The notes: generated by a model from the sequence alone, not told the origin. A stretch of 64,000 nucleotides of DNA from Myxococcota bacterium (GCA_036336835.1 JAYZFK010000006.1:19217-83216); one strand, 5' to 3'. Shown: positions 47,509 through 59,597, counted from the stretch's first letter. Numbers and translations: made by a program.

Positions 47509-49764
47509 TCACAGCCGCCGCCAGACGCGCCCGCCGAGCACGGCGGTCAGCGCGGCGTAGATCAGCGTCGGCGCCCAGGCGGCCAGGAAGGGCGAGACAC
47601 TCCTTCCGTGGCCGAACGAGGCCGCGACGCCAGTCAGCAGGATGTAGCTCACCCCCAGGATCGCGCTCGTGAACAGCGTCGCCGCGGGGCCTGGGAAGGG
47701 GGGCCCGGTGACCGCGTAGAACAGGACCGCCACGGGCAGCACGAAGCACGCCAGCGGCTGCGCGAGCCGCGAGTAGCGCTCGATCTCGAGTTCGGTCGTG
47801 TCCATGCCGTCGCCGCGGGCCTCGCTGATCTGGGCGGCGAGCTGACCGACCGACAGGTGGCGCGTGTCGATGTCCGCCTGCAGGGTGGCGCCCAGCTGCA
47901 GGTACTTCGAGGCATCGCGCCGCTTCGGGATCCCGGCCTCGTTCAGCTCGACCCGGGTCGCGTCGTAGACCCGCCAGCGGCCCTGCCCCTGGTGGAAGCC
48001 CGAACGCGCGTCGAGTCGCGCCTCGGGCAGACCGTCCTCGTCCAGGTCGTACACGGTGAGCGGACCGCGTGCGAGCCCGCGGTCCGTGTCGAGACTCTTC
48101 GACTCGATCAACCGGTTTCCGGCCGGGTACCAGACCGGCCGGTCTCTCGTGCCGCCGCGCGGTCGATCGTAGATTTCGCGGCGCTTGAGGTCGTGGGCGA
48201 GCGCGTTCATGGGCGGAACGACCAGATTGGTGAACATGAAATAGAGCGGCGTGGCAGCGAGCGAGAGGAGCAGGATCGAGACCAATGCTCGCGGCGCCGG
48301 GATGCCGCAGGAGCGCATGCCGAGCAGCTCGCCCTCGACCGCCAGCAGGCTCACCGTGAGTCCGGTCGCGACGAGCAGGCCCATCGGCACCGAGCGCGAT
48401 ATCAGCAGCCAGATGCGGGCGCCGTAGTAACGCAGGGTCTCGGTCGGCGTGGCTTCGTAGCGAGCGAACAACTCGAGTCGGTCCATGATGTCGATCAACA
48501 GGTAGCCCACGACGATGACGCTGCAGCACTGCAGGGTCATGCCGGCATAACGTCGGGCGATGTAGCGGTGAAGCGCCAGGTCGTGCGTGCGCTGTCCCGT
48601 CGAGGTGTCGCGCTGCCGCTTGCGCTCGGAGCTGCGCGGCCCATCCGGTAGCCAGCTGCCGTAGTGCAGTTGGCGCCAGAACAGCGCCCCCGCCACGCCG
48701 ACGATCAGGACGTTCGGCAGCCACGCACCGACCCAGGCGTCGAGCCCGTAGCGCTGGATCAGCCCGCTGCTGGCCTGCACCAGCGCGTAGTAGGCCAGCG
48801 TCGCCAGGATCCCCATCACGCCGCCACTCGCACGCGAGTGGGCCGACCGCAGGTGGAACAGTGGAACCGCGAGCAGGCCGAAGGCGAGCGTCGCAAAGGG
48901 CAGGGCGAAGCGGCGATGCAGCTCGAGCGCGTGGGGCGATGTCGGCCCCGGACTCGACTCGGGGTCCGAGACCGATGCCGCGGCGCCGGCACGCAGCTCG
49001 GCCAGCGTCAGCGCCTGGATCGGATCGTCGGCCGCCTTGGTCGAGATCCCCCCCTCGGGCTTCGGGAGCTCGGCTTGCAGGGTCTCGAACAGCAGCCGCG
49101 TCGGATCGTCGCCCGAGCCGTCGAGTACTGCGCCGTTCTGCAGGATTAGGTCGGCGGTGCCGTTCTCGCGCACCTCGACGCGTCCGCGCTGTGCGAAGAC
49201 GGTCTCGCCGAGGTCCGACGTCCAGACGAGCACCGAGTGCATCCCTGCGCCATCCGGGTCCACCGCGCGCGCGTAGATCTGCCAATCACCGAAGCGCGAT
49301 ACGCGCGCCGCCCGCATCTGGGACCACGGCCGTTCGCGCGCGATCTCCTCCCAGATGGCCTGCTGACCGCGGTGGGCCCAGGGAGCCGCCACGGTCTGCA
49401 GTCCGAGGGCTGGGATCGTGAGCAGCGCCGCGAGAGTCGCCGCCGGCCGCACCAGCTGGGTCGCGGACAGGCCGCAGGCCTGCAGCACCAGCAACTCGCG
49501 GTCTGCGGCGAGCCGGCCCAGCGCGACGAGAGTCCCAAGTAGCACGGAGAAGGGGATCATCGTCGCGAGCATGGGGATCGTCTTGTACCCGGCGATCTGC
49601 GCCACGATCCGGCCGGGGACGCCTCGGCTGGTCAGCGGCAGCAGCTGGATCAGGTCCTGCGCCAGGACGACCGCGGTGAGGCCGAGGAGCGAGACCGCAG
49701 CGGGAAGGGCCGCCTCGCGCACCAGGTATGCGTAGAGCTTCGGTCCGGGTGCTCGGCTGGACAT
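47509..49764 (-). CDS. Fused LptF-LptG LPS export permease
   Basis: Two tandem YjgP/YjgQ repeats (RLAADRELLVLQACG; EGELLGMRSCG; AWLPN, AWAP). Confidence 0.9.
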   Translation of the reverse strand: MSSRAPGPKLYAYLVREAALPAAVSLLGLTAVVLAQDLIQLLPLTSRGVPGRIVAQIAGYKTIPMLATMIPFSVLLGTLVALGRLAADRELLVLQACGLSATQLVRPAATLAALLTIPALGLQTVAAPWAHRGQQAIWEEIARERPWSQMRAARVSRFGDWQIYARAVDPDGAGMHSVLVWTSDLGETVFAQRGRVEVRENGTADLILQNGAVLDGSGDDPTRLLFETLQAELPKPEGGISTKAADDPIQALTLAELRAGAAASVSDPESSPGPTSPHALELHRRFALPFATLAFGLLAVPLFHLRSAHSRASGGVMGILATLAYYALVQASSGLIQRYGLDAWVGAWLPNVLIVGVAGALFWRQLHYGSWLPDGPRSSERKRQRDTSTGQRTHDLALHRYIARRYAGMTLQCCSVIVVGYLLIDIMDRLELFARYEATPTETLRYYGARIWLLISRSVPMGLLVATGLTVSLLAVEGELLGMRSCGIPAPRALVSILLLSLAATPLYFMFTNLVVPPMNALAHDLKRREIYDRPRGGTRDRPVWYPAGNRLIESKSLDTDRGLARGPLTVYDLDEDGLPEARLDARSGFHQGQGRWRVYDATRVELNEAGIPKRRDASKYLQLGATLQADIDTRHLSVGQLAAQISEARGDGMDTTELEIERYSRLAQPLACFVLPVAVLFYAVTGPPFPGPAATLFTSAILGVSYILLTGVAASFGHGRSVSPFLAAWAPTLIYAALTAVLGGRVWRRL

Positions 49765-49893
49765 GGTCCCCTTCGTCGCGCCGTCGAACCCCGGGGGAGG
49801 GCGCGCCTTCGGCGCTCCGGCCCGGGGGCCGCGAACTCGACGCACACCCTGCGCTCTCGCGACGAGGGATCATGAACCATCCGGGCGCGTCCG

Positions 49894-52170
49894 TCAGCTG
49901 TCTCCGTGGCGGCGGATCTCCGGGACGGTCAGCCTGGCGCCGGGGCGCAGTGCGGCCATATCGAGGTCGGGGTTGTACTGCTGGAGCAGCCAGGAGGGGA
50001 TCCCTGCGTTGCGCGACAGGTTCCAGATCGAGTCGCCGCGGCGGATCATGTGGATCCGGGTCCCGGTGATCTCGAAGCGCTCGAAGAAGACGGTCTGCAG
50101 TGCGCGGTGGTGCTCCAGTCGCCGGCGCTCGAACTCGGTCCGGTCGACGCGGCTGAAGTCGAGCTCGAGTCGGCGGTGGGTCTCAAGCGGCGTGGCGTAG
50201 CGCATGCCGTTGAGTTGGCGCAGCCGGCTCGCGCGCACGTCGAGCCACTCGGCGATGTGACCGAGGGTCTCGGCCTCCTGGATCTCGATCGTTCCGTTGT
50301 TGCTCACCGAGTAGTCGGCGGGGTCCGCCTGCAGGTCGCGAGCGAGCTCACGGGTGTCTTCGTCCAGAGGAGCGGCGGCCTCGCCATCGTCGAGCATTTC
50401 GGGCGCTTCCAGCTTCATCACGGGCACGACCGCGAGCTCGATCGGCGTCGGCTCGTCGAGGGAATCGCCGCTCGCGAGCTTGCTCTCCGGCGCCGGTGCG
50501 AACTCCGCAGCGCGAGATGCCGGCTCGTCGGGCGAGTCGGTCGATTTTGGGGATGCGGCCGGGTCGGCCGAGGCCGGACCGGTCACCGTGGTGGCGATGG
50601 CGACCGCTTCCTCATCGGCCGCGGGTCGCGCGGTCGGCGTCGTGACCGGTCTTGCTGAGGCCGACACGAGCAGGCTCTGGCCGGGGTAGATGCGGTTGCG
50701 GTTGCGCAGGTCGTTGATCGCCAGGAGCTCCTTCTCGCGCATCCCCAGACGGGTTGCGATGCGCGAGATCGAGTCGCCGCGGCGAACCGTATAGATGCCA
50801 CCGGGGGCGATCACCTCGGGATTGGCCGCGCGCACCGCACGTCCACCGCTGGGCAGTCGCAGCACCTGACCGACGCGGATCCGATTGCGGCTGCGCAGCC
50901 TGTTGAGCGACGCCAGCTGGTGGACCGACGTGCTGTAGCGGGCCGCGATGCCCGACAGGGTGTCGCCGCGGCGCACGCGGTGGGTGCGGTCTGGCGTCTG
51001 CGCGGCGTAGTGCCGCTCCGCCGGCATCGTCTCGACGCTGGCGGCTAGCGGGCGAGGCAGATTCGTCGACGACAGGCGCAGCACATAGCCGCGCGGGATG
51101 AACTTCTGCTCGCTCCAGACGAGCTTGGACAGGGCGGGGTTCGCCTCGCGCAGCCGATCCTGCGAGACGCCGATCGCCTCGGCGAGCTCGCTGCTCCGTG
51201 CGTAGAAGGGCAGCTCGATCGAATCGTATTGCTCCGCCCGCGCCAGCTGGAGCTTCCCGAAGTAATGAGACGAGTTCGTCTCGACCTGGCGAGCGGCCAG
51301 GAACTCGACGTAGAAATTACGCGACGCGAAGCCGAAGGTGCGGCTCTTGTAGCGGCGAACGATCGTCTCGATGTCAGTGGTGCCCAGCTTGCGTGCTGCG
51401 CGGCGCATGCCCGATGCGCCGTGATTGTAGGCGGTGAGGGCGAGCGGCCAGGTGCCGGTGATCAGCTTGTTCGCGGCCAGCAGCTGGCCGGCCGCGCGTG
51501 TGGAGACGTATGGATCGAGGCGTTCGTCGATGACGTGGTCGACGCGCATGTAGCGCCGTCCGGTCGCGCGCGTGAACTGCCACAGCCCCGCGGCACCGAC
51601 CCGCGAATAGGCGGTCGGTGTGAACGACGATTCGACGTGCGGGAGCGAGGCCAGGCCGGTCGGCAGGTTCATCTCGCGGAAGGTCTGCTTGATGTGGTCG
51701 CGCCACGCGCCCGACCGCACGATGCCCGCGCGGAATTTGTTCGCCTGCCCGAGCTGGAAGCGCACCTGCCTCACGGCGCTACTGAGCGTCCGGTTGGACA
51801 CGTCGTCGGGGAACAGCGCAAGGATGCGCTGCGACTCCTGCGACAGGCCGCTACGGCGCCCGCGTCCGAGCTGGCGCAGGATCCCGGCGATCTGCTTCTT
51901 GCGCGCCTCGGTCTGGCGCTCCCTCGAGCGCGAGCTCTGGCCCTTGGAGAAGGCGACCGTGTCGTACACGATGCGCAGGTCGTTCGCGTCGTGAATCAGT
52001 CCACCGTGGGTGTCGACCTCCGAGTAGATCCGAATCCAGAACTGAACATTGGGCTCGAGCCCGGGTGGCCTGGGGAAGGTGGTGTCTGCGCTCGCAGCGG
52101 CTGCTCCGATCCCGGACAGCAAGAGCAGGCAGCACAGATGTCTCACGATAGCGGGGTGATTGCAGTTCAT
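49894..52170 (-). CDS. MltD-like lytic transglycosylase with multiple LysM domains
   Basis: PHVESSF, GAAGLWQF, AYNHG; LysM repeats HRVRRGDTL, YTVRRGDSI, IRRGDSIW. Confidence 0.93.
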   Translation of the reverse strand: MNCNHPAIVRHLCCLLLLSGIGAAAASADTTFPRPPGLEPNVQFWIRIYSEVDTHGGLIHDANDLRIVYDTVAFSKGQSSRSRERQTEARKKQIAGILRQLGRGRRSGLSQESQRILALFPDDVSNRTLSSAVRQVRFQLGQANKFRAGIVRSGAWRDHIKQTFREMNLPTGLASLPHVESSFTPTAYSRVGAAGLWQFTRATGRRYMRVDHVIDERLDPYVSTRAAGQLLAANKLITGTWPLALTAYNHGASGMRRAARKLGTTDIETIVRRYKSRTFGFASRNFYVEFLAARQVETNSSHYFGKLQLARAEQYDSIELPFYARSSELAEAIGVSQDRLREANPALSKLVWSEQKFIPRGYVLRLSSTNLPRPLAASVETMPAERHYAAQTPDRTHRVRRGDTLSGIAARYSTSVHQLASLNRLRSRNRIRVGQVLRLPSGGRAVRAANPEVIAPGGIYTVRRGDSISRIATRLGMREKELLAINDLRNRNRIYPGQSLLVSASARPVTTPTARPAADEEAVAIATTVTGPASADPAASPKSTDSPDEPASRAAEFAPAPESKLASGDSLDEPTPIELAVVPVMKLEAPEMLDDGEAAAPLDEDTRELARDLQADPADYSVSNNGTIEIQEAETLGHIAEWLDVRASRLRQLNGMRYATPLETHRRLELDFSRVDRTEFERRRLEHHRALQTVFFERFEITGTRIHMIRRGDSIWNLSRNAGIPSWLLQQYNPDLDMAALRPGARLTVPEIRRHGDS

Positions 52171-52360
52171 CGTGATTCTGGATCGGCCAGTCGCTCGTTG
52201 GATTTGAGAAGGATCGATGCGCGTGCCATCGCCGCCAGTGGGATCGGTTCCAGTCCCACTGCAACCCAGCCCGCGGTCGGGGCTCTTTCTAGCAGTTCGC
52301 TTCGGTCTCGAAACCCCGCGCGGTCCGCTGCGATACACTGTCCGTGTGGAAAGCCCGTCG

Positions 52361-53209
52361 GTGGCCGAAGCCAAGCAAGCGCCCGGGGACTCGGTGCGAT
52401 ACATCGAGCGGACGCGCCGCCTCTACGCCTCGCAGCCGCCGTACGACTGGGTCTTTCACGACCGCGCGAGCGAGCCGCCGCCCTGGTCCCCGATCGAGGG
52501 GCCTGTGGCGCGCAAGCGTCTCGCCGTGGTGTCCTCGGGTGGCGTCCATCTTGCCGAGCAGGAGCCGTTTCACTTTCGCAACGACATCTCGTACCGGGAG
52601 ATCCCGATCGACACCGAGGCCAGCGATCTGCGGGTCGCGCACTTCGGCTACGACACGAGCGATGCGAAGCGCGATCCCGGCTGCGTGCTGCCCCTGCGCG
52701 CGTTGCGCGAGCTCTCGGCTGCGGGCGAGATCGGCGGCATCGTGGATCCGGCGCTGTCGTTCATGGGCGGAATCTACTCTGCGCGGCGGGTGCGCGAGGA
52801 GCTGGCGCCGCGCCTGCGCGATTTCATCCTGGCCGAGCAGGCGGACCTGGTCCTGCTGGTGCCCGTCTGACCCGTCTGCCATCAGTCCGTGGGACTGATC
52901 GCGCGAGACCTCGAGGCGGCGGGTGTTGCGACGATCTGTCTGACCTCCGCCTGGGACATCACGGCGGCCGTGGCCCCGCCGCGTTCGGTCTACGTCCATC
53001 ATCCGCTCGGTCACACCGCGGGCGGGCCCGGCGACGCCGCAGGCCAGCGGGCCCTGCTGCGCGCGGCGCTGCGCGCGGGTGTCGCGGCAGGCCGTGGCGA
53101 GATCGTGCGCCTGCCGTTTCGTTGGGAAGCAGAGCCGGGCTGGGAAGCTCGCGCCTACACCCCCGAGCACACCGCGACGGGCCCGGACGGAAAGCCGTTG
53201 CGTGACTAG
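52361..53209 (+). CDS. GrdB/PrdB-family selenoprotein (Sec at UGA 52868-52870, UxxC)
   Basis: ORFs 52217..52870 and 52889..53209 share a frame; joined they read LLVPV-U-PVCHQSVGLIARDLEAAG; LAVVSSGG, HFGYD..RDP..VLP, PPRSV. Confidence 0.88.
52881..52899 (+). promoter_or_regulatory. Bacterial SECIS-like hairpin
   Basis: ATCAGTCC-GTG-GGACTGAT: perfect 8-bp stem, G-starting loop 18 nt after the UGA. Confidence 0.75.
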
Positions 53210-53221
53210 CCGCCAGCGGGG

Positions 53222-54721
<1,500 letters not shown>

Positions 54722-54849
54722 GCACCCTCCGGGCGGCGGATTCTAGCCCCGCGGCCGGGGTTGGCGCACTCGCGCTTGAAGGCGGGTCGCGCGCTGTGCA
54801 TGATGGTGCCTCGTCCACCGGAGCGGGCACAGGGGGGAGAGCGGCGACG

Positions 54850-55068
54850 ATGCCGATCGAGGTCGAGTCACAGATCGTCGGAAGTGTCTGGAAGATCGAG
54901 ACGCAGCTGGGTGCGCGCGTCGAGGAAGAGGACGTGCTCCTGATCATCGAGTCGATGAAGATGGAGATCCCGGTCGAGGCGCCCGGCGCGGGAACGGTCG
55001 CAGAGATCCGCGTCGAAGAGGGACAGGCCATCGAAGAAGGTGACGTGCTGGTCGTTCTCGACGGCTGA
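54850..55068 (+). CDS. Stand-alone biotin/lipoyl carrier protein
   Basis: G.VWKI, ESMKMEIPV.AP..G.V. Confidence 0.92.
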   Translation: MPIEVESQIVGSVWKIETQLGARVEEEDVLLIIESMKMEIPVEAPGAGTVAEIRVEEGQAIEEGDVLVVLDG

Positions 55069-55081
55069 GCAGCATTGGCCC

Positions 55082-55954
55082 ATGGCCCTGGACCATCCCT
55101 CTGGTGTGCGCGCGCGGATGCGAGTCCGGTTACTTACCGGGCCGGCTCGCGACGCAGCGGTTCTGCGTCTGTCAGCCGCGGCGCGACGCAACCTGTTGCT
55201 TCTCGATCTGCTCGACCAGGTTGGGCGCGAGCCCTCGGCCAGCGAGCTGCCGGCGCAGGTGCTAGGCGCGTTCGATGACGGTGTGTTGTGCGGCACCGCA
55301 GCGTTGCGCCCGAGCCTGGTGCTCGAGGCGGGCATGGACGAGCGCGTGCTGGATTCGCTGCTGCCGTATTTCGAGGCGGTCGAGACCGGCCTGATCAAGA
55401 GCGAGCGCGGCGTGGTCGACCTGCTCTGGCGTAGGCTCGAGCGCCAAGGAAAGCGCGCGTTGATCGACCGGATCGAGCACGCGCTCAGCCTGCGGCCGGA
55501 TTCGTCGCGCGGCTTCGAGCCGCCTGCGGGAGTCCGGTTTCGCTCGGCTGAGCCGCGAGATCTCGAGGCGCTGGTGCACGCGGCGCGTGCCAGCTTGCGC
55601 GAGGAGGGGCGACCGGATCCGTTCGACGGCGATCCCACAAGCTTCCGGCGCTGGGTGCGCGGGCGGCTCTCGCGGGCGCGGGTCGCGGAGGTCGAGGGCC
55701 GGATCGCCTTCGTCGGGTACGCCGACGTGCGGCGCCCGGATGGCTGGCTCATCCAGGGCGTCTACACCTGGCCGGACCACCGCCGGCGCGGGATCGCCGG
55801 CGCCGGCATGCTGGTACTCGCCGAGGAGGCCTTTGCGCACGGCGCCGAGCATGTACAGCTCGCCGTGGTCTCGGGCAATGTTCCGGCCCTGGCGCTGTAC
55901 GACCGCCTCGGCTTCGAGTGCTTCGACGAGCTGCGGACCATCCTGTTCTGCTGA
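55082..55954 (+). CDS. GNAT-family acetyltransferase
   Basis: GVYTWPDHRRRGIA, N.PALALYDRLGF. Confidence 0.88.
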   Translation: MALDHPSGVRARMRVRLLTGPARDAAVLRLSAAARRNLLLLDLLDQVGREPSASELPAQVLGAFDDGVLCGTAALRPSLVLEAGMDERVLDSLLPYFEAVETGLIKSERGVVDLLWRRLERQGKRALIDRIEHALSLRPDSSRGFEPPAGVRFRSAEPRDLEALVHAARASLREEGRPDPFDGDPTSFRRWVRGRLSRARVAEVEGRIAFVGYADVRRPDGWLIQGVYTWPDHRRRGIAGAGMLVLAEEAFAHGAEHVQLAVVSGNVPALALYDRLGFECFDELRTILFC

Positions 55955-56039
55955 CCGGTCGGGCCGCGGGACGAGGGGTTCGAGGCGGGCTAGCCTGCGC
56001 GGCCTTCGACGACGAATCCGACGACGAGGAGGAATCGAC

Positions 56040-56894
56040 ATGGGTCTGCTCGATGGCAAGGTGGCGGTGGTGACGGGCGCGGGCGGTGGGCTCGGGCGCG
56101 AACACGTGATGGCCCTCGCAGCCGAGGGTGCGGCGGTGGTCGTGAACGACCTCGGGGGCGCGCGCGACGGCACCGGCGGAGGCACCACCATGGCCGATCA
56201 GGTGGTCGCAGACGTCAAGGCGGCCGGCGGCGAGGCGGCGGTCAGCTACGCGAACGTGGCGACCATGGAGGGCGGTCAGGCGATCCTGAAGACGGCGCTC
56301 GACGCATTCGACAAGGTCGACGTGCTGATCAACAACGCTGGAATCCTGCGCGACAAGTCGTTCAAGAACACCACGGAGGATCTGTGGGAGCCCGGGGTGC
56401 AGGTGCACCTGACGGGCACGTACTGCGTCACGCACGCGATCTACAACCACATGGTCGAGCGCGGCGAGGGCGGCGTGATCGTCAACACCTCGTCGACGTC
56501 CGGGCTGAACGGTAACTTCGGCCAGTGTAACTACGGAGCGGCGAAGGCGGGCATCGCCGGGTTCTCGCGCTGTCTGGCGATCGAGGGCAAGAAGTACGGC
56601 GTGCGCGTCTACATCCTCGCCCCAGTCGCCTACACGCGTCTGACCGAGGACTTGATGGGCGACGAGATGGAGAGCGGTCTCGATCCGAAGCTGGTGTCGC
56701 CGCTGATGGTCTATCTCGCGAGCGATCTGTCGAAGGAACACACCGGCACGACGTTCTTCGCGGGAGGTGGTCGTATCGCCGAGATGCGAGTCGTGACCAA
56801 CGAGGGCGTGACGAAGCAGGACGACGGTGGGCTGTGGACCGCGAACGAGATCGCCGCCGCGATGCAGCCTGGCCAGATCCTGCTGCCGGAGTGA
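56040..56894 (+). CDS. Short-chain dehydrogenase (3-hydroxyacyl-CoA dehydrogenase-like)
   Basis: TGAGGGLG, VVNDLG, NNAGILRD, GNFGQCNYGAAK; GGAGGA RBS. Confidence 0.93.
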   Translation: MGLLDGKVAVVTGAGGGLGREHVMALAAEGAAVVVNDLGGARDGTGGGTTMADQVVADVKAAGGEAAVSYANVATMEGGQAILKTALDAFDKVDVLINNAGILRDKSFKNTTEDLWEPGVQVHLTGTYCVTHAIYNHMVERGEGGVIVNTSSTSGLNGNFGQCNYGAAKAGIAGFSRCLAIEGKKYGVRVYILAPVAYTRLTEDLMGDEMESGLDPKLVSPLMVYLASDLSKEHTGTTFFAGGGRIAEMRVVTNEGVTKQDDGGLWTANEIAAAMQPGQILLPE

Positions 56895-56948
56895 CCCGAC
56901 CGGCACGCGGCGGCGCCCCCGTCGCCGCTTGGGTACCCTCGCCGGGCG

Positions 56949-59597
56949 ATGCCGGACCCGACCTGGCAGCCGGCGGACCGCGCTGATTCGCCCGTGGAAC
57001 CCGCCTCCGTGGAACCCGCTCCCAGTGCCATCGCCGACCCCATGTCGGCGATGGCGCCGCGCTTCAACCTCGTGTTCCGTTGGTTCGCGAAGCGCTTCTT
57101 CTCGCACTTTGGTTTCGACGAGAGGACAGCCGAGGCGCTGCGCAACCTCGAGACGCGCGGCTCGGTCGTCTTCGTCATGCGCTACTCGAGCCGGCTCGAC
57201 TACTTCCTGTTCAACACGCTGTTCAACCGGCACGGATTGCGCCTGTCGCGCTTCGCGAACGGAATCCATTTCTACTATTACCGTCCGCTGATCGAAGCGC
57301 TGCGCCTGGCGCTGTTCCGGCGACGCGGCCTTCCCCACGAGGTCAGGCATAGCAATCGGCGCGAGCAGGTCCAGGAGCTGGTGCGATCGGGCGAGTCGCT
57401 GTTCCTGTTCCTGCGCACGGAGCGGTTGCGCCGCCTGCTGCCGTTGCGCCGCGGGCGGCTGCACACCGAGGAGCTCGACCTGATCGAGGTGGCCGCGCGC
57501 GAGAGCGTCGAGTCGCAGCGGCCGCTGTTCTTCGTGCCGTTGGCGCTGTTCTGGCGCAAGGGTCCGCGCAACGAGAACCGCTTCCTGAACCTGTCCTACG
57601 GAGCGGTGACCCGCCCCTCCGACCTGGCGAAGGTGACGTCGTTCCTCGCCACCTACCGGGACCTGTCCGTCAAGACGGGCACGCCGATCGATCTTCTCGG
57701 CTTCGTGCACGAGCGACCAAACGACCCGGTCGCCCGGATCGCGCGCAAGGTACGTCGCTCGATCTTGATCTACCTGTCGTCGGAGGAGAAGGTCGTCGAG
57801 GGACCGGCGCTGCGCTCGCCGATACGGGTGCTGCGGGAGGTTCTGGCCGATCGCGGCGTTCGCGAGGCGATCGAGCGGCGCGCCGCCGAGCGGGGCAGCA
57901 CGAGCGAGCGCGCCGAGCTCGAGGCCGAGCGGCTGTTCCGCGAAGTCGCGGCCAACATGAATTCGACCTTCCTGGCGGTGGTCGGGGCCATCGTCGGCTG
58001 GGTCTTCGGGCGGATCTTCACCTCGATCGACACGTCCGGCCTGGAGAAGGTGGCGGAGCGCGCCAAGGAGCATCCGCTCGTGCTGGTTCCGAGCCACCGT
58101 TCCTACTTCGACTTCCTGATCCTGTCGTGGCTCTTCTATCAGAACTTCCTGGTGCCGCCGCACATCGTGGCGCGTGAGAACATGGCCTTCGGCCCGTTCG
58201 GCTTCCTGTTCCGACGAGTGGGCGCCTTCTTCATGCGCCGGCGCCTGGACGATCCGCTCTACAAGGAGGTCTTTCGCGCCTACGTGTCCTATCTGGTGCG
58301 CGAGGGCTTCACGCAGGAGTTCTTCATCGAGGGGGCCCGGTCTCGGACGGGCAGGAGTCAGGCACCGCGCTTCGGCATCCTGTCCTGGGACATCGAAGCG
58401 TTCCTCGAGAGCCGGCGTCGGGATCTGTTCTTCGTGCCGATCGGCATCAGCTACGAACGACTGGTCGAAGAGGGCTCGATGGTCGACGAGCTCCAGGGCG
58501 GAGAGAAGACGCAGGAGAGTGTCCTCGGACTGGTGCGGGCCCGACGCTTCCTGCAGAGTCGCTTCGGTAGCGTCCGCATCCACTTCGACGAGCCGATTTC
58601 TCTCGCTGCAGCGATGGGCGATCGGCGCGATGCGTTCCATCAGCCGTTCGATTCCTCGGTCGAGGAGGAGAAGCGTCGCTTCGTCGAGGCGCTGGGCTAT
58701 CGGCTGGTCGAGCGGATCAACTGGTCGGCCGTGGCGAACTCCACGTCGGTGGCAGCGAGCGTCCTGCTCGGGCACACACACCGGGGCATGCGTCGCGAAG
58801 AATTCGTCCAGCGCATGCAGTGGACGGTCGATCTGCTTCGCGCGCAGCTCGTGCGTTGTACCTCGGCGCTGGAGGCGGACGAGGGTTCGTTCAGCGAATC
58901 GATCAGCTTCCTCGTCACCTCGTCACTGGTCCACCTCAGGGATGACTCGCGTGGCGAGATCGTGTTCTTCGACGAGTCGCGAAGGCGCGCGCTCGACATC
59001 TATCGCAATGCGATCGGCCACTATCTCGCCGCGCCGAGCTTCGTCGCGCGCGCGCTGCTAGCCGGTTGCTCGGGCAAGCAGCTCGAGGAGGATGTAGAGC
59101 GTTGGCAGTCCATCTTCGAGCACGAGTTCTTTGCGGCGCGCTCGCCTGAACGGCAGGGCGATGCGGTCCGGATGCTTGCGCACTTCGAGCGGCAGGGATG
59201 GGCCGAGCAGCACGACGACGTCTGGTGTGCGACCGAGCTGGGCAAGCCCTTCCTGTCTTCGCTGGCGGAGCAGACGCTCGGCCTGATCGAGCTGTACGCA
59301 GTGGTCTGTGACGTCGCGGTCGAGTCGCAGGGAGCGTTTGCGCGCAAGGAGCTGACCAAGCTCGCGACGGCGTGCTTCGAGCGCGCGCGCATCCTCGGGG
59401 AGGCAGAACGCAGCGAGGCGCTCAATCCGACGACGGCCGGCAACGCGCTCGACTGGCTGGTCCGCGAGGGCGTGCTGGCCGCCGAGACGGCTGGCAGTGA
59501 CGATTCGTCCGGAGACGAGCGGTTTGGCCGCGGGGAGCGCTGGGACACGCTGGAGCCTCTGCGGGCCCGATTGGCAGCGGCATTGGCCGAGCGGTAG
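56949..59597 (+). CDS. plsB: Glycerol-3-phosphate O-acyltransferase
   Basis: PSHRSYFD, GAFFMRR, FFIEGARSRTG, VPIGISYE. Confidence 0.9.
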   Translation: MPDPTWQPADRADSPVEPASVEPAPSAIADPMSAMAPRFNLVFRWFAKRFFSHFGFDERTAEALRNLETRGSVVFVMRYSSRLDYFLFNTLFNRHGLRLSRFANGIHFYYYRPLIEALRLALFRRRGLPHEVRHSNRREQVQELVRSGESLFLFLRTERLRRLLPLRRGRLHTEELDLIEVAARESVESQRPLFFVPLALFWRKGPRNENRFLNLSYGAVTRPSDLAKVTSFLATYRDLSVKTGTPIDLLGFVHERPNDPVARIARKVRRSILIYLSSEEKVVEGPALRSPIRVLREVLADRGVREAIERRAAERGSTSERAELEAERLFREVAANMNSTFLAVVGAIVGWVFGRIFTSIDTSGLEKVAERAKEHPLVLVPSHRSYFDFLILSWLFYQNFLVPPHIVARENMAFGPFGFLFRRVGAFFMRRRLDDPLYKEVFRAYVSYLVREGFTQEFFIEGARSRTGRSQAPRFGILSWDIEAFLESRRRDLFFVPIGISYERLVEEGSMVDELQGGEKTQESVLGLVRARRFLQSRFGSVRIHFDEPISLAAAMGDRRDAFHQPFDSSVEEEKRRFVEALGYRLVERINWSAVANSTSVAASVLLGHTHRGMRREEFVQRMQWTVDLLRAQLVRCTSALEADEGSFSESISFLVTSSLVHLRDDSRGEIVFFDESRRRALDIYRNAIGHYLAAPSFVARALLAGCSGKQLEEDVERWQSIFEHEFFAARSPERQGDAVRMLAHFERQGWAEQHDDVWCATELGKPFLSSLAEQTLGLIELYAVVCDVAVESQGAFARKELTKLATACFERARILGEAERSEALNPTTAGNALDWLVREGVLAAETAGSDDSSGDERFGRGERWDTLEPLRARLAAALAER

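Noticed and set aside
52217..53209. Two separate genes or a nonsense pseudogene
   Set aside because: The UGA falls at the UxxC position and is followed by a SECIS-like hairpin; Sec recoding fits better
55749..58781. 1010-aa minus-strand ORF
   Set aside because: Antisense shadow of the SDR and plsB genes; no motifs; typical of high-GC DNA
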